Below are positions 1-8,928 of a DNA stretch of 64,000 bases, piece by piece; the first letter of the stretch is position 1, and each line of letters begins with the position of its first letter. Source of the stretch: Candidatus Hydrogenedentota bacterium. GTDB lineage: Bacteria > Hydrogenedentota > Hydrogenedentia > Hydrogenedentales > JAEUWI01. The stretch covers positions 32,001 to 96,000 of the forward strand of contig JAXMOL010000003.1 of assembly GCA_034669905.1 (NCBI GenBank), read 5' to 3'. The translations under genes were made by a program, and so were the position numbers. The notes under the pieces are model-generated. The model worked only from the letters and a program-made list of their open reading frames with translations, was not told the DNA's origin and did no database searches.

Positions 1-8
1 TTTGGGGG

Positions 9-1025
9 TTAGGATTCCGGTCTTCGCGCCACCAGGCGCACATGGGAGCTCAGGCGATGCTTCTGCAGGAATGCCTGGAAATCCTGGTGTGCCAGGGGGC
101 CCCGCTGGGTCAGGAGGGGCTTGGCGAAGGGGGGTAGCACCACCGTCGGATCGGCAGCGAGGGCCTGCAACACCAATTCCACATCCAATTGGCCGGGGGT
201 GCTTAATTCTATCAGTTCCAGGCCGCACCGTTGTAGCAGAAGCTCCAGGCCTTCGATAGAGAGGAGATTCATATGCTCGGGCACGAAGATATAGGGCGCC
301 TTATCCCACAAGACCTGAAGATCAAATCCCGAGCACGTGCGGGTCGTCAGGAAGAGGAGGCCCCCGGGCTTCAGGCGGTCGCGCAGGGTGCGCAAGAACT
401 GCCCCGGAGCGGATTGATGCTCCAGTTTTTCAAAGGCGCTCACCGCATCCAGGGGGGGGAGCGCTTCGGCGAGGGCCACTCCCGTGACCCCTTCGAGGGG
501 CACCTGGGGGGCGATCCCGATACAGGCGCCCAAACGCCCTTGCTCGGCCACTTCTTCCAGGATGGCCGCCGAATAAGGCTCCCAGTCACCGTAGGTGGGT
601 TCTGCCAACTCCAGGTGGGTGTCTACCACCTGGGCAATCCAGGCAGCCCGGCTGCGGGCCAGATGAATACGGCGTTGGGATGCCGAGGCTTCACTGAACT
701 GGGCCACACGGTAGCGGATGGCTTCCGAGTCGGCATAGTAGCGTGTGACATCGGCAACACGTGGTCGGGGGTTTACGTAGAGGCTACTGCAATGGTCACA
801 CTGGGTGTAGGGAAAACCTTCTTTCACAAAGGCCGGGCTCGGTACATCCTGTCCGCAGGCCGTACAGGCCACGGCTTCCCACGTTGATTCCTCGCCCAGA
901 AAGTGGGCCGCGTCGCGCAGAGAAAGGCGTTTGAATTCATTCAGCAGCGCCGGGGGACGGATGTCGGCGTCATGGAGCCCGCTCGAAAGGACGGTGTGCT
1001 TCGTGATGCGATGGCTGCCCGGCAT
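9..1025 (-). CDS. Class I SAM-dependent methyltransferase-like protein with N-terminal CxxC...CxxC zinc motif
   Basis: CTAC...CDHCSSLYVNPRP, and C-terminal FEKLEH...LKPGGLLFLTT...PEHMNLLS, typical of Methyltransf_23-like proteins. The Gly-rich SAM loop is degenerate. Confidence 0.7.
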   Translation of the reverse strand: MPGSHRITKHTVLSSGLHDADIRPPALLNEFKRLSLRDAAHFLGEESTWEAVACTACGQDVPSPAFVKEGFPYTQCDHCSSLYVNPRPRVADVTRYYADSEAIRYRVAQFSEASASQRRIHLARSRAAWIAQVVDTHLELAEPTYGDWEPYSAAILEEVAEQGRLGACIGIAPQVPLEGVTGVALAEALPPLDAVSAFEKLEHQSAPGQFLRTLRDRLKPGGLLFLTTRTCSGFDLQVLWDKAPYIFVPEHMNLLSIEGLELLLQRCGLELIELSTPGQLDVELVLQALAADPTVVLPPFAKPLLTQRGPLAHQDFQAFLQKHRLSSHVRLVARRPES

Positions 1026-1176
1026 AATGCGCTCCAGAAAAAGGGGGCGTGGGGCGACAGGGCCACGCTCCAGAGCGGCAATTACACCACAGCGTGCTTC
1101 CGGGATGCAACGCCCGAAGGGGGCTGCACGACGTTTGGGCCTCGTAAATAAGAATACCGAAAAAGACCCCGGAAAG

Positions 1177-1205
1177 TTGACACGACAGATATTCCATGGT
1201 ACGTT
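1177..1205 (+). promoter_or_regulatory. sigma70-type promoter
   Basis: TTGACA (1177-1182), 17-bp spacer, TACGTT (1200-1205) with extended TG. Confidence 0.6.
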
Positions 1206-1433
1206 TCTGACAATACACCGTTGGGGGAGCCGGGCGTCCGCGTGTGGTGCCCACCCACCATTAATGGAACCTTTTTGTGGGTTCCGGGATTGATCCCTCA
1301 GTTACGGTTTTTTCACCCCGTCAGGGGGTTTGCCGCCGACCTGTATCCCCCCTCGGCCGCCTGATGCCAACCCGCTGACGTAAATCCCTTTGCCGTTGGG
1401 GCGACGTGCATACCTATCCAGGAGCAGTTTCAA

Positions 1434-1829
1434 ATGGATAAGAATACTCACATAAGCGCTTTTGATGCCCTCGTTGACCGGGGCGTCGATCCAGGTGCCA
1501 TCAATGCCGATGCCATTCAAAACGAATGCCATACCATGGACACCCCTGCAACGGAGCCGAACGAAGATGCCGCGCCCGTCATTCTCACCGCCGAGGAAGA
1601 AGCCTGGCGTAGCGAGAAACTGGGCGAATTGTTTTGCCATGTGGAAATCATGGTGGACCGACTTCGCCATCTGGCGGAATCGGGATCCTTCGATGATTCT
1701 AATCGCGAGACCTTTGAAACGATCCAGCGGTTAAATTTGTCTGCCAAATCAATTCACCATCTTTCGGTACCTTCCGATGCCGTCATGTTGCATCGTTTCC
1801 ATCAACCCGATGCCTCGTGTGCCTCGTAG
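1434..1829 (+). CDS. Hypothetical protein (131 aa)
   Basis: AGGAG RBS before the ATG, promoter upstream, terminator downstream. Confidence 0.65.
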   Translation: MDKNTHISAFDALVDRGVDPGAINADAIQNECHTMDTPATEPNEDAAPVILTAEEEAWRSEKLGELFCHVEIMVDRLRHLAESGSFDDSNRETFETIQRLNLSAKSIHHLSVPSDAVMLHRFHQPDASCAS

Positions 1830-1975
1830 CACGGGGTGACCGGATGGGGCGTGGGGTACGGCGACGTGTATTCACCCACGAAGACGCGGCCCATGGAGCG
1901 CCAGCGGCCCGCCGACATGGTACAGGTCACCCCTGACCGTATCCGGGGCCCATTGGAAACCAGCCTTTTACAAAG

Positions 1976-2009
1976 AAAAAGCCCGCACCAGATTGGTGCG
2001 GGCTTTTTT
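1976..2009. terminator. Bidirectional rho-independent terminator
   Basis: AAAAA-GCCCGCACCA-gat-TGGTGCGGGC-TTTTTT between convergent genes. Confidence 0.9.
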
Positions 2010-2028
2010 AGTTGCTATCGAAATGGGA

Positions 2029-2631
2029 TCAGTCGATCTCTTTCAGCGTCGTGATGATCTTGGTCACCATGCCGTATTCCAGTGCCTCTTCGGCATTCAT
2101 CCAGAAGTTACGGTCACTGTCTTTGGCAATCTTCTCAACGGTCTGACCGGTCTCATTCGAAATGAGCTTATTGATGCGCTCCCGAATCTTGATGATTTCC
2201 TGGGCTTCAATACGGATATCGGAGGCCTGACCACCGGCACCGCCACTGGGCTGGTGCAACAGGAAGCGGGTGTTGGGGAGGGAATAGCGCTTGCCCTTGT
2301 CGCCACCAAAGAGGATTGGCACGGCAATGCTGGCCACCCAACCGGCACCGATCGTGATGACCGGTGACTCAATACAGCGCATGACATCGTGAATGGCATA
2401 GCCGGAATCCACGTGCCCACCCGGAGAGGTGATAATCACGCGAATCGGGTCGTGGGAGTCCGTGTTCAAGATGAACAGCTGGGTGATAACCTTCTCCGCA
2501 AGCTCCTGATCGACTGTGCCGGACACCATGATAGTCCGGGACTTGAGGAGCTTCTGCATCATGCCATCGGCACCGCCTTTGTCGTCTTTTTTCTTGTCGT
2601 CTTCTTCATCATCATGCCGAATGTAGGTCAT
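2029..2631 (-). CDS. clpP: ATP-dependent Clp protease proteolytic subunit
   Basis: ITSPGG, GWVASIA (catalytic Ser), LLHQPSGG (His), SDRNFWMNAEEALEYG (Asp). Confidence 0.95.
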   Translation of the reverse strand: MTYIRHDDEEDDKKKDDKGGADGMMQKLLKSRTIMVSGTVDQELAEKVITQLFILNTDSHDPIRVIITSPGGHVDSGYAIHDVMRCIESPVITIGAGWVASIAVPILFGGDKGKRYSLPNTRFLLHQPSGGAGGQASDIRIEAQEIIKIRERINKLISNETGQTVEKIAKDSDRNFWMNAEEALEYGMVTKIITTLKEID

Positions 2632-2760
2632 TACAGGGTCTTTCTATGGGTGTCCATCGGGCGCCGCCGGGCCAGGGCCGGGGTCGGGATGGGTTGTCAC
2701 CGTGGATTGTTTTTTGCCGTACGTAGGACATCATATTGTGGCACTTTCCGCCAAATAGGT

Positions 2761-4587
2761 TCAAGGCAGGTAAAGTGCCACCGCCATAAATTCCCGCTGG
2801 ACCTCCGGCAGGTCCGCGAAAATCGGAGGGGTTATTTCGGGGCGGACCGGTTGGACGGCGATGGTGGTATCACCCCGTGCAAAGTCCATTTGCCACCCGC
2901 CCTGCTCCGTTCTGTAGAGCGGTTTCCAGACGGCGGCCAGCTCCGGGGAAAGGGGGGGCGCCGTTTCCAGGCCGGCGCGGGTCGTGCCGGGAAGCAACCG
3001 GGTGAGGGAAGCCGCCTCGCCCCCCGGCCAGCAGCTGCCCACCGCCAGCAGCGGGGGGGTGTCCGGCACCAGCTCTTCCGGGAGGCGCATGAACGCCACG
3101 TTTCCATCGGCCAGAAGTCCGGCCAGTGCGGGCGCATCCCAGTCGGCCAGTTTTGCTTCCAGGGTGGGCGCACCGAGCAGGGTGAGCACCGCATGGCGCA
3201 AAGTGGCCGTATCTTCATTCCAGAGGCCAATGGCGGTCGTTCGGCCGCGGCGGATTTCGAGCAGGTGGTAGACCTGGTCTACATCGCCATCGTGGGCCAG
3301 TGCCCGCTCAAAGTAAAAGGGGGCTTTCCCGGGGGACTGGGCCGATGCAAAGTCCCGGAGCGCGTTTCGAAAGGCCTGGCGGTTTCGGGCCTGGAAGGGA
3401 CTCTCCTCCGATTCAATCGGCGGGATGGCGGTGTATGCCGCAACGGCGGCCTGGGCCCAGCCCCGTGCCAACCGCGCCCGTGCCTGAAGGAGCATGTAGT
3501 TCGTTTCTTCGGGCTGCCGCGCCAGCAACGCGGCGAGGGTGCTATCGAGTTGACCCCATCGTCCCTCTTCCAGGAGGCGCTCACAGCGGGTGGCCTGGTT
3601 GCGGAGGTCGGCGGGGTGCAGTTCGGTAAATCCGAGCACCTGCACCACGATGCAGAGGGCGGGGAAGGCCCAAAGCATGCGGCGTGGCCGGGTTACTTCG
3701 AAGCCCGTCCAAGGGGTGTCCAGTGTTGCCGCCAGGCCCACGAGGAAGGCAAGGGCCAGGTGTGGCCGGGTCGCGAAGCCCAGGTGAAGCACGGTAAGCA
3801 GGAGCAGCGCGGCGGGGGCCACGCCTTGCCGGAGGTCCGCCCGCTCGTGGGAGAGCAAGAGGGTTCGGGCGGCACACCGCGCCACGATCCAGATGCCCAG
3901 CAGGATGGCCACAATCCATACCGCAGGAAGATCGGTGTAGGGGTAGGGCGCCCAGGACGCGAGTAACGTCGGGATAGCGGGGGCCAGCCAGGGGAGCCAG
4001 GTGGCCATGAGCAAGAGGCCCGCCCCACCCATTTTCCGCTGGGTGGGGGAGAAGCGGGGATGGAAGAGGGCGATACAATTGGCCATCAACCCGGTGGCAT
4101 AGAGGGACAGGCCAGCGGAAAGGGACTCGGGTCCCGCCAGCAGGAGATCGGTGGGTAGTGATACCACCGTAGGGGGAGCCCACGCACGGTCGGCGGCCAG
4201 GTGCAGGAGGGTGGCCAATCCCGTCGCCAGCCCCAGGGCGGTGATGGCGCGACAGGCCACCGTGCCGTGTGCCGCCAGGGTGAGCGGTACGAGGAAGGCG
4301 AAGATCAATTGGGTGCCATAAAGGGCGGCACTATGGCCGCCCGCCACGCCCGTCGCCGTAAACACGAAGAGCAGGGCGACAGCGGGCCACCAGTATTCAA
4401 AGGGGGGACGCAGCAGCCGCTCCGTACGCCAGACGAGGAGGGTCATCAGTCCCATTGCCAGCAGTATCAGGCCTACCAGGGGCAGGTTTACCCCGGGGAT
4501 AAGGGCATAGGCGCCGAAGGGGAGACTGAGCGCGAAGGCCGTGGGAAGGGAGAAGGCACTGCGATGAAGGGTGATCGGGTCAGTCAT
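2761..4587 (-). CDS. Polytopic membrane protein with C-terminal TPR-like soluble region
   Basis: About 10-12 hydrophobic segments in the first ~330 aa, followed by helical repeats (ERLLEEGRWGQL...QARARLARGWAQAAVAAY). Confidence 0.6.
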   Translation of the reverse strand: MTDPITLHRSAFSLPTAFALSLPFGAYALIPGVNLPLVGLILLAMGLMTLLVWRTERLLRPPFEYWWPAVALLFVFTATGVAGGHSAALYGTQLIFAFLVPLTLAAHGTVACRAITALGLATGLATLLHLAADRAWAPPTVVSLPTDLLLAGPESLSAGLSLYATGLMANCIALFHPRFSPTQRKMGGAGLLLMATWLPWLAPAIPTLLASWAPYPYTDLPAVWIVAILLGIWIVARCAARTLLLSHERADLRQGVAPAALLLLTVLHLGFATRPHLALAFLVGLAATLDTPWTGFEVTRPRRMLWAFPALCIVVQVLGFTELHPADLRNQATRCERLLEEGRWGQLDSTLAALLARQPEETNYMLLQARARLARGWAQAAVAAYTAIPPIESEESPFQARNRQAFRNALRDFASAQSPGKAPFYFERALAHDGDVDQVYHLLEIRRGRTTAIGLWNEDTATLRHAVLTLLGAPTLEAKLADWDAPALAGLLADGNVAFMRLPEELVPDTPPLLAVGSCWPGGEAASLTRLLPGTTRAGLETAPPLSPELAAVWKPLYRTEQGGWQMDFARGDTTIAVQPVRPEITPPIFADLPEVQREFMAVALYLP

Positions 4588-4750
4588 GGTGTGCGTGTTG
4601 AACCTGTGCCGATGGGCCCGTGAGTGGCTTTTCGGTGGCCATCCACGCGAGCGTGGCCAATAGGGCGACCAAAACGATCGCGATCAGCAAGGCCAGATGT
4701 CGCTCACGTTTATTGCGTTGGAGGGGCGCATCCGATGCGGAAGGATTCAT
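4580..4750 (-). CDS. Small single-TM protein (56 aa), not in ORF track
   Basis: Hand translation: MNPSASDAPLQRNKRERHLALLIAIVLVALLATLAWMATEKPLTGPSAQVQHAHHD*. The stop overlaps the next gene's start (ATGACTGA). Confidence 0.55.
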   Translation of the reverse strand: MNPSASDAPLQRNKRERHLALLIAIVLVALLATLAWMATEKPLTGPSAQVQHAHHD

Positions 4751-4801
4751 GGGTGGAAAGGTACTCCGGTTCCGGTTTCCGGGCAGTTGGATTAGATCGG
4801 C

Positions 4802-7800
4802 TTAGAAGGTGCCGTAGTGGACCTCGATGGCGTTCATGATTTGGGAGGCCGCACCAACAACAGGCGTGATTTCCCGTTGACTCACATCGCGGAGTTTGTA
4901 AATGGCCGACTCATCCAGGGGGTTCGCCATGGCCACGACCAGCCGATCTGCCGTGATGCGCAGGGGGACACACACGTGCCACGTGCAGATGTCCCCGTTA
5001 AGCGCGGCGACCGCCTTGGGCTGGATGTGCACTTCCATGGGGTTGACCACCGACTTTCCCAATTGACAGGCGACGGCCTGCGCAATGGCGTCATCGGTGG
5101 TCATGTCCTGTTCAATGAGAATGGTGCCGAGCAACTGACTGGGGTCCTTCGCCTGAATTTCCAGGGCGGCTTTCAATTGATCCCGAGAAATCACCTGGGC
5201 ATCGGCGAGGATGTCGCCCAGACTGCGGTTGCCGTCATACTGGGTGAGTTCGGAAAGCAGGATTTCCTGCTGCCGGGCCCGCTGCTCGCGCGACATGGCT
5301 GCTTCGTCCGCACTCAGCCCGGCTCCCGCTTCGCCCACGTAAATGCGCCCTTTTTCCTCTTTGGTCTTTTCCAGGGCGTCGCGCAATTCATCCCGCTCCG
5401 TGACGATTTGGCTGACCTCGGCCATGGTGGCCTGAATGGCGGCCTCCTGCTCGGCCGTGCGCACGTGGAGGGCTTCCTTTTCCTCCAACACTTCCGTCAG
5501 CCGGGCTTTCAGTTGGGCGACCCGCTGTTCCCGTTCCTGGAGCTTTTCCTGGTGGGCCGATACCTGGGCCCGCGTTTCTTCCAGCGCCTGGGATTCAGCG
5601 GCTTCCTTGTCCTGCAGGGTATGGACCTGTGATTGGAGTTCCTCAACGGTGGCCAGCGTGGAAATCTCCTCCTGCTGGGCCTCTTTCAGCAGGGCTTCCA
5701 ATTCATCGCCCCGCTGGGCCAATTGATTGGCGGTTTCCTGCTGTTGCAAGTGTTCGGTGCGCATCTGCTCCAGCAGCAGCCGGCTCTGTTCCAGTTCGTC
5801 CACGTGTTGGGCGTCGGAAGCCTCGATGGCATCCAACGCTTCCTTGAGTTGGTCTGCCTGCCGTTTGGCTTCCCGCTCTTCTTCCGAGAGGGTGGCCATT
5901 TGGGCCGTCATGTCGGATACGCTGTGGCGAAAGGTTTCGATTTGCGCGTCCCGTTCCTGCAGGGCCTGTTGCTGGGATTCCAGGGTTGTCAGGGCTTCCG
6001 TTAGGTTCGCTTCCTGGGTGGCGCTCTTTTCAGAAATTTCCGCCAGGGTCGCGGTAAGCTGATCCCGCTCTACCGCGAGCGCCTGCTTCGCTTCGGTCAG
6101 TGCTTCGAATTGCTGCTCCAGGCCCTGATAGCGCACTTCCCACGCCGCAATCGCACGGTCCTTCTCCCCCAAGGCATCCCGCGTTTCCGCGCGTTCCTCC
6201 TGGAGGTGCGCTATTTCTGCTTCCAGCTCTTCCAACGCCTGCTGCCGCTCGGCAAGCAAATCTTCCTGCTCCGACAGTGTAACCACGTGGGCATCCGATT
6301 CGCTCAACGCGTGGGCGAGCTCGGCTTGCAGGTCGGCGACCGTGGCCTCCGCCGCCGCAATGCGGTCTTTCGCTTCGGCAGTCTCGGCGCGGACCTCGTC
6401 TACGGATTGGCTGCGCTCCCGTTCCGCCGCTTGCGCAGTTTCCAGTTCCCCGGCGAGGGTGTCGTAGCGCTGCGTCAAGGCTTCGTGAGTCTCTTGCAAC
6501 GCCTCAAGGCTGGCTTGAGACGCGGCCAACTGTTTGTCCAGGTCGTCGATCCAGTTTTCCGCGGTCTCCTGGGATTCCCGAAACTCCTGCTCTGCGGAGG
6601 CCTTTTCCGCCTTCAGGGAGTCCAGCGCGGCCCGGGCTTCTTCCAGTGTTAACGTAGCAGTCTGAGCCGCGGTTTCGCGGTCTGCCAGCTGGGTCTGAAG
6701 ATCGGCTACCCGTTCCCGGAGCGCGGTGGTCTCCGCCTGCAGACTATCCCACGCTTCGGTATGCTGTCGCTGCGTCTCCGTTTGTTCTTCCAGCGCGGCC
6801 CGAAGCATCTCCGCTTCTTCCCGGGCCTCGGCCAGGGCCGCCCGGTGCTCCCGCTCCAGGGTTTGCAGTTGGCTGTTCTTATCATCCAACGCGACACGTA
6901 AGTCTTCTATCTCGCCACGGGCCATGGAAAGGGACGTTTCCTGGGCGGCTTCAAAGCTGCGGTGGGTTTCCAGTTCCTGTAGCAGGGTCCGTGCGGAAGC
7001 GAGGCTCTCTTCTTCCCGCCGCTGCAGGTGCGCCAACTCTTCCTCGAGTGCCGCCATAGCCCCCTCAAGTCCCTGGTGGGCGTCCAATGCCATGGCCGGT
7101 GTCGGCGCCGGGGCTTCGGACTCGGTAGTCGACTGTCGGGCGCTCAACTCAGCGGTCTTCGCCAGCGCGTCGTCGCGTTCCTGCTCGAGTCTTGCGACGG
7201 TTTCCCGTGCTTCCGCGAGCGCTTCGGAGTCGGAGTCTGGCCCATCGCTTGCTGGGTGGGCTTCTTTTTCGGCCGCTTCCGCTTGCAGGCGGTCGATAGT
7301 TTCCCGGGCCTCGGTGAGCGCAGATTCCAGGGTGGCCTGGGATTCGCGCAGGGCCGTAAGTTCATCCAGAGATTTTTCCGCGTTTTCTTTTGCTTCGGTC
7401 AGCTCCTGTACCTGGGCGCGGAGTACGTCCAGTTCCTCCATCTTCGCCAACGCGTCGTCGCGTTCCTGCTCGAGTCTTGCGACGGTTTCCCGTGCTTCCG
7501 CGAGCGCTTCGGAGTCGGCGGCGGAGTCGGTGTCTGGCCCATCGCTTGCTGGGCGGGCTTCTTTTTCGGCCGCTTCCGCTTGCAGGCGGTCGATAGTTTC
7601 CCGGGCCTCGGTGAGCGCAGATTCCAGGGTGGCCTGGGATTCGCGCAGGGCCGTCAGTTCATCCAGGGATTTTTCCGCGTTTTCTTTTGCTTCGGTCAGC
7701 TCCTGTAGCTGGGCGCGGAGTACGTCCAGTTCCTCCATCTTCGCCAACGCGTCGTCGCGTTCCTGCTCGAGTATTGCGACAGTTTCCCGTGCTTCCGCGA

Positions 7801-8791
7801 GCGCTTTGGCCTCGGCGGCGGAGTCGGTGTCTGGCCCATCGCCTGTTGGGCGGGCTTCTTTTTCGGCCGCTTCCGCTTGCAGGCGGTCGATAGTTTCCCG
7901 GGCCTCGGAGAGCGCAGATTCCAGGGTGGCCTGTTGCTCGGTTAATGCCGCCACCTCCGATAGCAGGGCCTCCCGATCCGCGTCTGTCGAAGCGTCGGAA
8001 TTCGCCGCGTGGGGGGATGGCGGGGTGGCGCGAAGGGCTTCCAGTTCGAGGGTTAGCGTCTCGATTTCCTCATTCAGGCCCGCCTCAATGCGTTGGCTGT
8101 CCTGAAGCAATTCCTGGCATTCGTCGACGAAGGTGTCACGCTCCGCCAGGGCCTCGCGGAGCGCTTCTACCTCTTGTCGCTGGCGCAGATCCCGTTGGGC
8201 CTCCGAGTTTAAATTTGCTTCCGCAAAAGAGGCCTGATCGCGGCGAAGGGTTTCCAGCTCGATATTCAGTGTCTGAACTTCGGCGCTCAATACGTCGCGC
8301 TCGTGTTGGACCTGGGCGAGGGCTTCGTTGCTTCCGCGGGACGGCCCTCCGTCTGCGTCTGCGAGCAGTTCTATGAGGCGACCCAGCTGGGCGTTGGCGG
8401 TCGTGAACTGGGCGGCCAATTCCTTCTGCGTCGTGGCGACTTCATTCGTCCAGCCCTGAACGGCACCATTCAGACGGTCGACGGTCGTATCCAATTCCTG
8501 GCGGACACGCTCCAGGGGAGGAGCCGTCTGGGGGGTGTAATGGGTTACGGTGCCGGGGGGGACGGCCGCGTTCTCGAGGGCCTGTTTGAGGTGGACAATT
8601 TCGGCATCGGCTTTCGCCAATTCGGCGACGTGGCCGTTCCGCTCGTGGAGGACGGTGAGCAGACGTTCCAGCTGGCTGTTGGCCCCGGCGATTTGCTGGG
8701 ACACGTGTTGTTGTACGGTGCCCACTTCCGTCGTCCAGCCAGAGATGGCGGCATGCAACTTTGCCAGCAATTCGTTATTCGCTGTTCCCAT
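4802..8791 (-). CDS. Giant acidic coiled-coil protein with C-terminal MshEN/GspE N-terminal (T2SSE_N) domain
   Basis: About 1150 aa of E/A/Q/L heptad sequence, then RSLGDILADAQVISRDQLKAALEIQ...LLGTILIEQ...VCVPLRITADRLVVAMANPLD...IEVHYG. Confidence 0.85.
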   Translation of the reverse strand: MGTANNELLAKLHAAISGWTTEVGTVQQHVSQQIAGANSQLERLLTVLHERNGHVAELAKADAEIVHLKQALENAAVPPGTVTHYTPQTAPPLERVRQELDTTVDRLNGAVQGWTNEVATTQKELAAQFTTANAQLGRLIELLADADGGPSRGSNEALAQVQHERDVLSAEVQTLNIELETLRRDQASFAEANLNSEAQRDLRQRQEVEALREALAERDTFVDECQELLQDSQRIEAGLNEEIETLTLELEALRATPPSPHAANSDASTDADREALLSEVAALTEQQATLESALSEARETIDRLQAEAAEKEARPTGDGPDTDSAAEAKALAEARETVAILEQERDDALAKMEELDVLRAQLQELTEAKENAEKSLDELTALRESQATLESALTEARETIDRLQAEAAEKEARPASDGPDTDSAADSEALAEARETVARLEQERDDALAKMEELDVLRAQVQELTEAKENAEKSLDELTALRESQATLESALTEARETIDRLQAEAAEKEAHPASDGPDSDSEALAEARETVARLEQERDDALAKTAELSARQSTTESEAPAPTPAMALDAHQGLEGAMAALEEELAHLQRREEESLASARTLLQELETHRSFEAAQETSLSMARGEIEDLRVALDDKNSQLQTLEREHRAALAEAREEAEMLRAALEEQTETQRQHTEAWDSLQAETTALRERVADLQTQLADRETAAQTATLTLEEARAALDSLKAEKASAEQEFRESQETAENWIDDLDKQLAASQASLEALQETHEALTQRYDTLAGELETAQAAERERSQSVDEVRAETAEAKDRIAAAEATVADLQAELAHALSESDAHVVTLSEQEDLLAERQQALEELEAEIAHLQEERAETRDALGEKDRAIAAWEVRYQGLEQQFEALTEAKQALAVERDQLTATLAEISEKSATQEANLTEALTTLESQQQALQERDAQIETFRHSVSDMTAQMATLSEEEREAKRQADQLKEALDAIEASDAQHVDELEQSRLLLEQMRTEHLQQQETANQLAQRGDELEALLKEAQQEEISTLATVEELQSQVHTLQDKEAAESQALEETRAQVSAHQEKLQEREQRVAQLKARLTEVLEEKEALHVRTAEQEAAIQATMAEVSQIVTERDELRDALEKTKEEKGRIYVGEAGAGLSADEAAMSREQRARQQEILLSELTQYDGNRSLGDILADAQVISRDQLKAALEIQAKDPSQLLGTILIEQDMTTDDAIAQAVACQLGKSVVNPMEVHIQPKAVAALNGDICTWHVCVPLRITADRLVVAMANPLDESAIYKLRDVSQREITPVVGAASQIMNAIEVHYGTF
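7156..7933. repeat. Intragenic near-identical tandem repeat, unit 297 bp (99 aa), about 2.7 copies
   Basis: Units start at 7156, 7441 and 7738 (periods 285 and 297). One copy has a 12-bp in-frame deletion. Confidence 0.95.
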
Positions 8792-8928
8792 GAATCGTCC
8801 TGCCAGTCGGAGTCCAAACGTTTCCAGCTTGGATTATAGGACTCTATGCGGAGGGGGTCAATTTTACCGGGACAATTATTCTTGTGGTCTCGGCGAAGGA
8901 GAGCTACTCCGACGTGCGTGATGGGGTT

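Noticed and set aside
7156..7933. CRISPR array or mobile repeat
   Set aside because: Units are long, in frame and within a CDS, with no unique spacers and no cas genes.
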